64,000 nucleotides of DNA from Macrostomum lignano. Lineage: Eukaryota. Under the pieces are notes generated by a model. It was given only the letters and a program-made list of their open reading frames with translations. It was not told where the DNA came from and ran no database searches. The stretch covers positions 434,001-498,000 of the forward strand of contig NIVC01000412.1 of NCBI GenBank assembly GCA_002269645.1. The letters are read 5' to 3'. This document shows positions 1-11,829 of the stretch, piece by piece (positions within the stretch are counted from its first letter, which is position 1; each line of letters begins with the position of its first letter). Made by a program: the position numbers and the translations under genes.

Positions 1-456
1 ATATGGGGAGGTCACTACAGGGCGGATATGGGGAGGTCGCTACAGGGCGGATATGGGGAGGTCACTACAGAGCGGATATGGGGAGGTCACTACAGGGCAG
101 ATATGGAGAGGTCACTACAGGGTGGATAAGAGAGGTCACTACAGGGCGGATATGGGGAGGTCACTACAGGGCGGATATGGGGAGGTCGCTACAGGGCGGA
201 TATGGGGAGGTCACTACAGAGCGGATATGGGGAGGTCACTACAGGGCAGATATGGAGAGGTCACTACAGGGTGGATAAGAGAGGTCACTACAGGGCGGAT
301 ATGGGGAGGTCACTACAGGGCGGATATGGGGAGGTCGCTACAGGGCGGATATGGGGAGGTCACTACAGAGCGGATATGGGGAGGTCACTACAGGGCAGAT
401 ATGGAGAGGTCACTACAGGGTGGATAAGAGAGGTCACTACAGGGCGGATATGGGAG
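1..456. repeat. 25-bp minisatellite with a 149-bp higher-order period
   Basis: Unit atatggggaggtcactacagggcgg. The variant pattern recurs at 53, 202 and 351. Confidence 0.95.
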
Positions 457-3400
457 GTCAAGAAAGCGGACAGAAGGCTGCTCCAGTTCATCCCACGTTG
501 CCTCACTGCTGCTGCCTTACTCGCCCACAACCGCAGGGTCCCGCTGGCGCCCCAGCCCTGCGCAAGGCGGTCTCCAGCACGCTGTCCACCACCTCGGCTG
601 AGGCCAACAACCGAAAGACCATCCGCGGCCTGCCTAAGTGAGTGATTTTCCTTGGTTACAAGTGAATCCCATTTTTTTGGGGGGGATTCCAAGCCTATTG
701 TCACTCTCTGTAATAATCATAGATATCTTTAATATTTAAAGGACTTGTATGGCATTCTGTCTACTTCAAATTATTGCTGTCTCCTGTGCAGTTTCTTGTA
801 TGCACGACGAGTTGCTGTTTACTTAATATGGTAATTGAAATGCATAGACATATATCGCTTCTTTTTCCATTGCTGCACTCTTGCAAGTAAAATCCGCCCT
901 TTCTGCGCGATAAAAATAGACTGATGTACTGTTGTAGCCTCGTGCGTTTGCTGCGGTTGAGTTTTCTAATAACCCCTCTTAGATCCTCTGGGCCAGCCTC
1001 CCAGATCCTCAGCTGCTGGGCCAGCTTCCCAGATCTTCAGTTGCTAGGCCAGCTTCCCAGATCCTCAGTTGCTGGGCCAGCTTCCCAGTTTCTCAGTTGC
1101 TGGGCCAGCTTCCCAGATCCTCAGCTGCTGGGCCAGCTTCCCAGTTTCTCAGTTGCTGGGCCAGCTTCCCAGATCCTCAGCTGCTGGGCCAGCTTCCCAG
1201 TTTCTCAGTTGCTGGGCCAGCCTCCCAGATCCCTCAGTTGCTGGGCCAGCTTCCCAGATCCTCAGTTGCTGGGCCAGCCTCCCAGATTCCTCAGTTGCTG
1301 GGCCAGCTTCCCAGATCCTCAGTTGCTGGGCCAGCCTCCCAGATTCCTCAGTTGCTGCGCCAGCCTCCCAGATTCCTCAGTTGCTGGGCCAGCCTCCCAG
1401 ATCCCTCAGTTGCTGGGCCAGCCTCCCAGATCCCTCAGTTGCTGGGCCAGCCTCTCAGATCCCTCAGTTTCTGGGCCTTATTAAAAATTTTGTCTCTGAT
1501 TCTGAAGACTGTGAACTCGGAATTTTTGTAATTTTATCACCTCAGAGTTGCTGGCATCAAGGAATTTTTACTGACGGACGAGGTGCCCCCCGTGACAGAC
1601 ATTGACACCGTGACAGTTGTTGTGAGTTCTATCTAGCCAAATTCATCATTACAGATTTATCTAGGAAATCCGATAGCTTGGTGCATAATAACATTGATTT
1701 ATTTGCAACTCAGGTTGACGGTCAAGAGCTGGCCTGGCAGCCTCGGGAGCAGGCCTTCACCTGCAAGGTCACGGATCCGTCCAAGGCCAGCAAAATGAGG
1801 GGTCTGAAGAGCTACATTGCCTACCAGATCTCCACTTCGGTGCGTGTTGCTGAGCACACTGATTGTCTTTTTGGGGAAGCTACCATTCCTTGTACTTTTA
1901 TATCTAATCTCTTAGTTTGCTTCCTTGTCCGCTCTAGTCCGCTACTCCGCTTTAATCCGCTTACCACTTTCTAATCGTCACTAATCCGCTACCTCATCCT
2001 CACTAATCCGCTATCCCATCCTCACTAATCCGCTATCCCATCCTTACTAATCCGCTATCCCATCCTCACTAATCCGCTATCCCATCCTCACTAATCCGCT
2101 ATCCCATCCTCACTAATCCGCTATGCCATCCTCACTAATCCGCTATCCCATCCTCACTAATCCGCTATCCCATCCTCACTAATCCGCTATCCCATCCTCA
2201 CTAATCCGCTATCCCATCCTCACTAATCCGCTATCCTATCCTTACCAATCCGCTATCCCATCCTCACTAATCCGCTATCCTATCCTTACCAATCCGCTAG
2301 TGTACCTCATCCTCACTTATCTGCCACTCCATCCTCACTAATCCTCCATCCCATCCTCACTAATCCGCCACCCCACCTTCACTTATCCATCCTTCCATCC
2401 CCAATCATCAGGCGAACCCTGATCTAGTGGTCAGCAGGCGCTACAAGCACTTTGACTGGTTGCACAAGCAGCTGTGCGACAAGTTTCCCTGCGTGGCGGT
2501 GCCCCCGCTGCCCGACAAACAGGTGACAGGTGAGCACCGTGACTGCTTTTATAAATTTATTGCCTATTAATATTTCGGAGAATCTAAAAATGTTGCTCTG
2601 CAGATAATATTATTGAATAATATTATTGCTGTAATTAACTATTAGGCAATGCGGCGAGTTCGAGAAGCAGCGCCTACAACAAATTGGGCCATTTGTACCT
2701 CGAGAATGCCAAATTGAGTAATTTAATCGTATAATAAATTTGTTAAAATATTCGAGGTATCTGTTATCATCTTTTGTTTTATGCCACGTCTTTCAGTAGT
2801 GTAGATACAAAAAATAGTTTATGTAAAATTTCCCTATTTTTCGTCATATTTGGTGTAGTCTACAGTGTGTTTTTATCACTCTGTTTGCTTGAGATAAGGT
2901 TAGATTTTCTAAAACCATTTAATCAAGATATATTAATTAATTCTACGCCTTCGCACTTCAAACCAGTTGACCACACGAATTAATGGTGAAATCGTTTAAA
3001 CTAAATAATAATATTTGGATTCTTAACTAAAAATATTTTTCTAAAAACTATAAAACAAATTAATTTATTTCTGGTGACAGCTGGGGGTGACAAAGTTGTT
3101 ATCTGCGTGTTTTAATAGCGATCCAATTCAGCCCCACCCCATTTTCACACCCTTATCGATCTTGTGCTGGGTTGTTATCTGTATTTTATTGGCGATCCAA
3201 TTCAGCCCACCCCATTTTCACACCCTTATCAATCCTCTGCTAAGTTGTTATCTGTGTATTTTATTGGCGATCCAATTCAGCCCCACCCCATTTTCACACC
3301 CTTATCAATCCTCTGCTGGGTGGTTATCTGTGTATTTTATTGGCGATCCAATTCAGCCCCACCCCATTTTCACACCCTTATCAATCCTCTGCTAAGTTGT

Positions 3401-5020
3401 TATCTGTGTATTTTATTGGCGATCCAATTCAGCCCCACCCCATTTTCACACCCTCATCAATCCTCTGCTGGGTTGTTATCTGTGTATTTTATTGGCGATC
3501 CAATTCAGCCCCACCCCATTTTCACACCCTCATCAATCCTCTGCTAAGTTGTTATCTGTGTGTTTTATTGGCGATCCAATTCAGCCCCACCCCATTATCA
3601 CACCCTTATCGATCCTCTGCTGGGTTGTTATCTGTGTATTTTATTGGCGATCCAATTCAGCCCCACCCCATTTTCACACCCTCATCAATCCTCTGCTGGG
3701 TTGTTATCTGTGTATTTTATTGGCGATCCAATTCAGCCCCACCCCATTTTCACACCCTCATCAATCCTCTGCTAAGTTGTTATCTGTGTGTTTTATTGGC
3801 GATCCAATTCAGCCCCACCCCATTTTCACACCCTCATCAATCCTCTGCTGAGTTGTTATCTGTGTATTTTATTGGCGATCCAATTCAGCCCCACCCCATT
3901 TTCACACCCTTATCAATCCTCTGCTGGGTTGTTATCTGTGTATTTTATTGGCGATCCAATTCAGCCCCACCCCATTATCACACCCTTATCGATCCTCTGC
4001 TGGGTTGTTATCTGTGTATTTTATTGGCGATCCAATTCAGCCCCACCCCATTATCACACCCTTATCGATCCTCTGCTGGGTTGTTATCTGTGTATTTTAT
4101 TGGCGATCCAATTCAGCCCCACCCCATTTTCACAATCAGCCAACCCTCTTTAGTTGACAGTCAATGCTTAACTCTTGTGTTACGCGCTACTCTCAGTGGA
4201 AAAAATAACCAACAAGCGTGACCTTAATTTTTACAAGACATCTGTTCAAAGTGAAATCGCCGAGGAAATAGCGTAAAATGAGGTACATAATATGTGATTA
4301 TCTTTGATCATATGTGTTAAGTTTTTTCACCCAGTTGTATAATTGTTTAACAACCACCGTATTGTTTTATTTTTCATGTACGTAAAAATCGACGTTAAAA
4401 TCTTTGTCGCCTTTTAATTTTACTTTAGTAAGTCAACTCGTTGTTTGTACTGAGAGAAGCACGATAGCGCATTTCTTGTAATTGAGAAAATTTTCAAAAA
4501 TATTTTATCTCTTGCTCTATCAGGCCGCTACGAGGAGAGTTTCATCAACGCTCGGATGCGCCAGCTGCAGTGCTGGATGAACCGGATGTCCGCCCATCCC
4601 GTCACCGGCCCGTCGCTGGTATTCCAACATTTCTTAACCTGCACCGACGAGGGCAAACGCTGGAAAGAAGGCAAACGCCGGGCCGAGCAGGACAAGCTGA
4701 GTCGGGGTCAGGTGTACCACACCATCCGCCTGTCGGCCCCCTGCGACCTCACCGACATGGAGCGCTACACCGATGCGTTCGACGGATTCGCCACCGAGAT
4801 GGACACGGCCACCCGGCTGGCCATGGACACCGCTCTGTCGCATTCGAAGAAATGCGAAAATAATATTAGGAAAGAGTATTCAAGAATTGCTGACGCCTGC
4901 TTTGCTATGGAGAAGGCGGCCTGTCTGGTGCCGAATAACAGTGAGTAACTGCTGTCTGTCTGTCCGTCTATCTGCCTGTCTGTCTGTCTGTCTGTCTTAG
5001 TGTCTGTTTGTCTGTCTGTG

Positions 5021-5051
<31 letters not shown>

Positions 5052-5110
5052 GTCTGTGTGTCTGTCTGTGTGTCTGTCTGTCTGTGTGTCTGTCTGTCTG
5101 TGTGTCTGTG

Positions 5111-5165
<55 letters not shown>

Positions 5166-5190
5166 GTGTCTGTCTGTCTGTCTGTCTTAG

Positions 5191-5237
<47 letters not shown>

Positions 5238-5446
5238 GTGTCTGTCTGTCTCTCTGTCTTAATGTCTGTCTGTCTGTCTGTGTGTCTGTCTGTCTGTGTG
5301 TCTGTCTGTCTGTCTGTCTGTGTGTCTGTCTGTGTGTCTGTCTGTCTGTCTGTCTTAGTGTCTGTTTGTCTGTCTGTCTGTCTGTGTGTCTGTGTGTCTG
5401 TCTGTCTGTCTGTCTCTCTGTCTTAATGTCTGTTTGTCTGTCTGTG

Positions 5447-5527
<81 letters not shown>

Positions 5528-5550
5528 TAGTGTCTGTGTCTCTGTCTGTG

Positions 5551-5587
<37 letters not shown>

Positions 5588-6560
5588 TAGTGTCTGTCTG
5601 TCTGTCTTCTGTCTGTCTGTCTGTCTGTCTGTCCCAGCCTGTCCGCCCCCCCCCCCGCAGAGCTGGACCAGCTGTCCCAGGCCATGCACGCAGCCGGGCA
5701 GTCCTATCAGCAGGTGTCGGAGCTGTGGGCGCAGCAGCCCCGCTCGGACTCGGACCAGCTGGCCGAGGCGCTGCATGAGTACAGCGGCCTGATCTCCTGC
5801 CTGCCGGCCGTCATCAGCATCGGCCGCGGCTCCATCGCCACCGCCCGCGACTGCCAGCGCGGCCTGGAGGAGGGCCGCATCTCGCCGGCCGAAGCCCAGG
5901 AGACCACGCGTCGGGCCGCTTTGGTCAGCGCCGCCCAGTGCGCTGAGATGAACAACTTCCGGCGCGAAGTGGACGCCGACTACAAAGCCATGATGGCCAA
6001 CTTCCTGCGGGAGCAGGTGCGCTTCCACCAGGAGGTGAGCGGCACTGACGCTTTATTTCAGTCACTCCTTTTTAGTCACTCCGTGTCTCAGTCACTCCCT
6101 GTCTCTGTCACTCCCCGTCTCTGTCACTCCCTGTCTCTGTCACTCCCTGTCTCTGTCACTCTCTGTCTCTGTCACTCCCTGTCTCTGTCACTCCCTGTCT
6201 GTCACTCCCTGTCTCTGTCACTCCCTGTCTCTGTCACTCCCTGTCTCTGTCACTCCCTGTCTCTGTCACTCCCTGTCTCAGTCACTCCCTGTCTCTGTCA
6301 CTCCCTGTCTCTGTCACTCCCTGTCTCTGTCACTCCCTGTCTCAGTCACTCCGTGTCTCAGTCACTCCCTGTCTCAGTCACTCCCTGTCTCTGTCACTCC
6401 CTGTCTCAGTCACTCCGTGTATCAGTCACTTCCCGTTTGCTTCGTTTAGTTTGGTTGTAAATTTAAAAATTAAACGAACTGTTAAATTTAATATTTCTCT
6501 TATATAATCTTTCAGATCGCCAACAAACTTCAAGCGGCTTTGGACACCTTCTCCTATTAA
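443..6560 (+). CDS. SNX9: Sorting nexin of the SNX9/18/33 (SH3PX1) family, PX-BAR part, 5'-partial
   Basis: Exons (443 uncertain)..637, 1546..1621, 1714..1839, 2412..2529, 4524..4940, 5661..6034, 6516..6560. All are GT-AG with matching phases. PX motifs [31 protein letters not shown] and [17 protein letters not shown], followed by a BAR domain ending [16 protein letters not shown]. The SH3 exons lie upstream of the window. The symbol denotes the family, not a specific paralogue. Confidence 0.9.
985..1478. repeat. 28/29-bp intronic minisatellite (SNX)
   Basis: Unit ccagcctcccagatcctcagttgctggg, about 17 copies. Confidence 0.95.
1985..2400. repeat. 22-bp intronic minisatellite (SNX)
   Basis: Unit ctaatccgctatcccatcctca, degenerating at both edges. 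Confidence 0.95.
3103..4135. repeat. 76-bp intronic minisatellite (SNX)
   Basis: About 13.5 near-identical copies of gttgttatctgtgtattttattggcgatccaattcagccccaccccattttcacacccttatcaatcctctgctgg. Confidence 0.95.
4952..5632. repeat. (TCTG)n microsatellite filling an SNX intron
   Basis: Interrupted by recurring tctgtcttagtgtctg and tctctgtcttaatg variants. Confidence 0.95.
6058..6430. repeat. 16-bp intronic minisatellite (SNX)
   Basis: Unit gtcactccctgtctct. Confidence 0.95.
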
Positions 6561-6707
6561 CTGTTTAAGGAAGTACAGGTGCAAATAACTATAGAAATCA
6601 ACAACGTTTATCTATCTAAATCTAATATTATAATACTTATTGCAAAGTCTTGGTATGATGTCCAGCAGTCTGCTTTGTAGTTATTTTTTAAATATTCTTT
6701 GTTGATA

Positions 6708-8039
6708 CGAGGGGTATTCAAAAAGTTTTGGCAACAGGCTACTAAAACCTAGTGCAAGCTCATTATTCTAAAAGTAAGGGTTTACAGTCCTTCTATGTAG
6801 TCTCTGCCGCGCTCTATGCACTTCTGATGCCTCCGTAGCCACGAATCAAAGGCGCCGCGGTACTCCGATTCAGTGAATGCCCTCAACTCTGAATTGATAG
6901 CGCGCGCCAGGTCTTGCGGCCTCTGAAATTGGCACCCAGCCAGCCTCTCGGTCAGTTTCGGGAAGGCCCGGAAGTCGCACGGAGCCAAGTCCGGGCTGTA
7001 GGGCGGGTGGCGAACGGTTTTCAGCCGGTTCTCCTCCAGAAATGCTGAAGTCATCGCCGCAGTGTGGCTTGACGCATTGTCATGGTGAAGGTGGATGCGA
7101 CCTGACTCCAAGCGCGTGCGTTGATTTTGCCGCACGAAATCAACGACAGCTGGCAGGGCAGTGCTGGTATAGAAGCTGGCGTTCACATTCTGGCCTTTGG
7201 GCACCATGACAACAGCTACTGGGCCACAGATGCTGAAGAACACAACGAACATCTGCTTGCGTGAGCAAAATGCTGATTGCAGAACTGTTGGACGCTCTTC
7301 ATCTGCGCCAATCCAAACCTTGTTCTGGCTCTTGTTGGGCACCTGGAAGTAGTAAAACCACTTCTCGTCACCGGTGACAATGTCAGAGAGGCGCTTGGTG
7401 CCGCCAGAACCGAAGCATCGCAAGAACTCCTGACTGCAGCGAACCCGCTCCTGGCGCTGCTCCTCAGTGAGCTGATGTGGCACCCAACGAGCTGTGATCT
7501 TCCTGAGCCCCAGCTGCTCATGCAGGATGGTGAAAACGCTGCCCTCAGATATGTCAAGTGTCTGGCTCAGCATGGCAACAGAAATGTTTGGGTCCTCAGC
7601 CACCAGCGATTGCACAGTGTCAATGTTGCTCTTGGTCACGGCTGTGCTCGGCCTCCCCGATCGAGGGTCGTCACAGAGGCTGCTCCTGCCGGCGCCAAAA
7701 GCCTCAATCCATCGCGCAACGGTGCGATAAGATGGAGCTTGATCCCCTATCACCTGTGCTAAGTCGGCATGGATTTTGGTGGCATTTTCTCCAAGTTGTG
7801 CGCGCATGAAGATGTAGAAGCGCGTGTTTTCTGAGCTGATATTTTCCATAATTTGTCAGAAGCTGAAACGTAGGTATGGTTAAGTGTGAATTGTGCAATA
7901 AAGGGTGAAGCCATTGAGCTGAAAATTTATATGGTGGTCTCAGGCATGTTACTAAAAATGTCCCTAAAATTTAGTGTGTTTTGCTTGAGCCAAAGTATAT
8001 CTGCATATGCAGTTGCCAAAACTTTTTGAATGCCCCTCG
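6708..8039 (-). mobile_element. Full-length mariner element (1332 bp), irritans/Hsmar2-like TIRs
   Basis: 28-bp TIRs cgaggggtattcaaaaagttttggcaac and gttgccaaaactttttgaatgcccctcg (1 mismatch). TA target duplications at 6706-6707 and 8040-8041. The subfamily call rests on recalled TIR similarity. Confidence 0.95.
6782..7849 (-). CDS. Mariner DD34D transposase, intact, 355 aa
   Basis: N-terminal HTH region, WVPHQL, IVTGDEKW, HHDNASSH and YSPDLAPCD. 34 residues separate the second and third catalytic Asp. No stops or frameshifts. Confidence 0.95.
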   Translation of the reverse strand: MENISSENTRFYIFMRAQLGENATKIHADLAQVIGDQAPSYRTVARWIEAFGAGRSSLCDDPRSGRPSTAVTKSNIDTVQSLVAEDPNISVAMLSQTLDISEGSVFTILHEQLGLRKITARWVPHQLTEEQRQERVRCSQEFLRCFGSGGTKRLSDIVTGDEKWFYYFQVPNKSQNKVWIGADEERPTVLQSAFCSRKQMFVVFFSICGPVAVVMVPKGQNVNASFYTSTALPAVVDFVRQNQRTRLESGRIHLHHDNASSHTAAMTSAFLEENRLKTVRHPPYSPDLAPCDFRAFPKLTERLAGCQFQRPQDLARAINSELRAFTESEYRGAFDSWLRRHQKCIERGRDYIEGL

Positions 8040-9460
8040 TACAGAATGAAGCGACACTGTCAGTCTGTTAAGAGTTTGCCAATCATTTCGTGAGCTTTCT
8101 AATTAGAATTCGGTCACAAATGTAGCCGTCTGTTATTCTGTGATTCTTATAAGCTAATGAATGTACTTCTGCTGCAAATCGTTTCACCTTTCTTTGTTCA
8201 CAGTGAATGCGCCAGATTTTGTAGTTGTTTTTCTCTTTGAAAAAAACAATATAAAAATTCCAATATACTTGTCTTAAAATTAAGCTAACCGTGTCGCCAG
8301 TAAGTGTATGTATTTTATCAATTATTTGTGTCAGTCTTCCTTTTATCCATTTTTGTTTTCATTCATACAGGTTTCGATGATTTTATATTTATTTATCGAA
8401 CAAAAACAGTGACTAAAAACTCTATCAATCGATAATTAACTGGCGACCCCAACTCAAGGGGTAAGGAATGATCGATATTATTGTTTTGGGAATGAAAATG
8501 GGGTGGTGGTGTACGCTGATGCTAAAAATAGCTCCGGGAACCTTTTAACTAGAACGAGTGTACACACGTAGCCATTTACAATCTCAGCTTCAATGTACAC
8601 ATGATCCCTAATGTACATAGCAAACCGCTTTTCTTCTTTCTTCTTAGGCTAAGTTCTCTACCCGGTATGTACATATCATACGAAGTCCTCCTGGCTCCTG
8701 CGTACACCACCATCCTCTCCAATGTAGATAGCGATTTTCTCATTCATCCCTATAATAAGGGCCTGTCCTACCCTTTAAATTTAACAATAATATTCCAGAA
8801 TATTTAGTTCTCTGTTGTTGTATTTACAGTAAGCCTTTTTGCATGAAATTGTTATTTATACCTTAATTATACGCCTTCCAAACAGAATAGCAACTTCGAT
8901 TTAAATCTATTAATTCAGGTAGAAAGGTACCTACATTAGTGCTCCTGATTATTTGCAATTTTATGCATACAAAGTCGGAATTAATTTTCAATTTTTAGGC
9001 CAAATTCTAATTATTATCATTCTAGTTATGCTGCTTGTGAGAAATGATGATGCTATCTGTTTTGCTGTTAATTTTTTTGTCATTTATCCTTGGAGTTTTT
9101 TTACTCGCAAGCAAATCCCAAATGCCAATTTATTGAATGCTAATTTCATCAGCCGAGTGCAGGATCGAAAGCCCTTAGCAACCAGTTATACAACTATTTG
9201 GCTGTGTTTTTGCTATTCAGATTTTCCATTTTGTCTATTTAAACCCAAATTGAACGTTTAAAAGGTGTTGTATTAAGTGTAGGTTCTATCCAATTATATT
9301 ACACTCATTTAGGGTGGACCGGCTGATGAGGCGATTCTTTTACTTAATTGGTTCTGCTGAACTCTAAATACGAGCGTGGCTTGTTGTTTTTGATTCTTTT
9401 ATCCATTAAAATATTCTCTGAAATTTTTGGTCAAAACTTGTACGACAAAGCTGAAATTGG

Positions 9461-9800
9461 AATCGGGAATTCCTCTTTGAATCCCTTTGCTTCTGAATGT
9501 TCTGACCTAATCCGAAATCCCCCTATCTGAATCTTGAAATCTCTTTGGCCCTAACTAATCACTTTGGCTCTGACTGATTTGGGAATTCCCCGTCTTAATC
9601 GGGAATTCCCCATCTTACTCGGGAGTTCCTTAGGTTATGGTTGAATCGGGAATTCCTTTGCTTGTGGCTGAATCGGGAATTTCCCTATCTGAATCGGGAA
9701 TTCCCCTATCTGAATCGGGAATCCCTTTGGTTGTGGTTGAATCGGGAATTCCTGTGGTCCCTCTCGATCAATCTGGAATTTCTGTGTCTAAGATTCCCAT
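9461..9800. promoter_or_regulatory. Degenerate repeat cluster of GGGAATTCC(C/T) palindromes upstream of the orphan gene
   Basis: Nine sites at 9465, 9581, 9601, 9621, 9648, 9675, 9696, 9717 and 9744. A regulatory role is inferred only from the match to the kB consensus. Confidence 0.4.
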
Positions 9801-10045
9801 ACTAGCTCGTAAATGCGCCTATAAGAGTCAGTATAAAATTCGGAATCAGATATTTATCTGATGTCTATGGCACAACTTGAAAGGCAACTGTGTATCGAGG
9901 CAGAGCTGGAACGAGTGCAATTATATAAGGCAACTCAGTCTGTTGTACAGGAGGTGCCAATCGGCTTGAAAGAAAATAATCTGCTGGGCCCCGTGTAAAG
10001 AAGCAGCTTGCAAAAGCAAAACAAGGGAACACAGGATCGCAAGCC

Positions 10046-11332
10046 ATGGCTGAGCAACCCTCTCAGAAGCGGGTCTCCGTCGGCCCAGACGATGGAGTAA
10101 TGCGGGTGAACCTCAAAGACCGCGACATTGTGATTGACAAGCGCAACGAGAACCTCATACTGACAGATGACTGCAAGAGGATCATGCGGAACCTCTGCAA
10201 GATGGAGGCCGGTCCCACCGATTTCACCTCGGCCACCGCCGACCTCACGCAGCCGTCCTTCCTCAGCCCCGACGAGAAGGCGCTCTTCTTCAAGATGAAG
10301 ATGTTCTACCTGCTTCAGGAGCGCTACTGCTTCCTTAACAAAGAGACTGGCAACGACAAGAACAAGGACATGACCCTGGCCGAGGCCTACCCGCTGTTCC
10401 TGTCGCCCTTCGGCGAGCCGATCGCAGACGAAAAAGACGCCGCCAGCGCAGGCGAGAAGCGCAAAAAACGGCGCCGACGAAAGAAGACGCCTGGCGGTGG
10501 CGCGAGCCCGGACAGCGCGGACGGCACCGACGCCAAAGCAGAAGGCGGCGCCAGCCCGGCCAAGGCCAAGGCCAAGGGTCAGGAGAGCGCGCAGAAGACC
10601 GGTCTGGCCAAGTTCACCGACAACATGCGCAAGGCCGACCAGTCGGTGTTCCGCTCCTTCGACGAGAAGATCCTGAAGACCTCGGAGGGCAAGGGCCTGG
10701 CTGCGCTGTTCTCGACAGACACGAGCCGCACGGACATGGAGCTCAGCATCTTCCCCGACTACAACCAGCTGATGAACGATGGCAAGGACGAGGAGAGCAA
10801 GCTGAACAACCTGGTCAGCCACGTGCGCACCAGGATCAAGGTGTTCGAGAAGATGCAGAGCTTCTACGAGACCAGCAAGGAGGACAACCTGGCCAACGTC
10901 TTCACCGCGCAGAACACGGACATGACGGAGATCCGGGACGAGATCAACGACCTGAAGGCCAAGAAGCTGCACCAGCTGGACCCGAAGAAGATGGACAAGC
11001 TGTACGACTCGTTCAAGGACGACTACGCCACGGCCAAGACCACGCTGATCGCGGACGGCACCCAGCCTGTGGTGCTTAACCGCAAGAAGGCCGAACGGAT
11101 CAAGAAGTATGTCGAGGAGTTCGCCGAGCTCAAGAACATGGTGCTGCCGTATCACCGCGAGTCGAACTTCTTCTACCTCAGCGTGCCCTGGCAGCGCAAG
11201 GAGGAAGACAAGGCCAAGAAAGACGGCGAGTCCAACGCTGGTAGCTCGCAGAACAGCACCTCGAAGCCTGCAGATGCTGCAGCCGCCGCCGCCGCCGCCG
11301 CCGCTGCTGATGCCGAGCCCAAGGAGGAGTGA
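10046..11332 (+). CDS. Intronless 428-aa protein of unknown function with a basic NLS-like patch (KRKKRRRRKK) and a poly-Ala tail
   Basis: Long non-repetitive ORF with strong G/C third-position bias (AAG, GAG, GAC, TTC), good ATG context (gcaagccATGG) and AATAAA near 11430. No recognisable domain. Confidence 0.8.
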   Translation: MAEQPSQKRVSVGPDDGVMRVNLKDRDIVIDKRNENLILTDDCKRIMRNLCKMEAGPTDFTSATADLTQPSFLSPDEKALFFKMKMFYLLQERYCFLNKETGNDKNKDMTLAEAYPLFLSPFGEPIADEKDAASAGEKRKKRRRRKKTPGGGASPDSADGTDAKAEGGASPAKAKAKGQESAQKTGLAKFTDNMRKADQSVFRSFDEKILKTSEGKGLAALFSTDTSRTDMELSIFPDYNQLMNDGKDEESKLNNLVSHVRTRIKVFEKMQSFYETSKEDNLANVFTAQNTDMTEIRDEINDLKAKKLHQLDPKKMDKLYDSFKDDYATAKTTLIADGTQPVVLNRKKAERIKKYVEEFAELKNMVLPYHRESNFFYLSVPWQRKEEDKAKKDGESNAGSSQNSTSKPADAAAAAAAAAAADAEPKEE

Positions 11333-11584
11333 CCGGCATCGGCATTCTTGATGAACCCGACTTTCTAGGCCCGTCTGTGGCGTAGCTTTTTTCGGCTGAA
11401 TTTTGCGTTTACCGGACACTTTATACTCATTTTTTTAAAAATAAACCTTCTTGGCGAAAGAATCCGCTTCAGAAATGGTCGGCAATCGGAATTTATTAAA
11501 CACGATTTTTATGCAAATCCGTCTTTTGAGTAAATTGATGTAATTTTTTGTTATTTGTGCGACTCAGAAAGTTCATAAGGAGCT

Positions 11585-11586
<2 letters not shown>

Positions 11587-11645
<59 letters not shown>
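11587..11645. repeat. (GA)n microsatellite
   Basis: About 29 GA units. Confidence 0.95.
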
Positions 11646-11648
<3 letters not shown>

Positions 11649-11829
11649 CAATTCCCGACCTCTTTATACTGTTAAACAGACTTCGGTGAAATCCCACAGC
11701 TGAATTCTAAGGGACTCGAAATTAATTCGTGGGGGAAAATTAAAGGCCGATTTTTCGCTGTAAATTAGGCAAATTTCAATTTTTAGCTGAAAATTTAACC
11801 TCTGCAGCTTTAGTACAAATTTTACCTAA

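Noticed and set aside
9320-9345. ctgatgag hammerhead-like core (also at about 18684 and 26746)
   Set aside because: No stem II plus GAAA at a suitable distance.
9935-11419. 494-aa minus-strand ORF
   Set aside because: Antisense shadow of the codon-biased plus-strand gene. The Leu/Val/Gly-rich composition is typical of such shadows.
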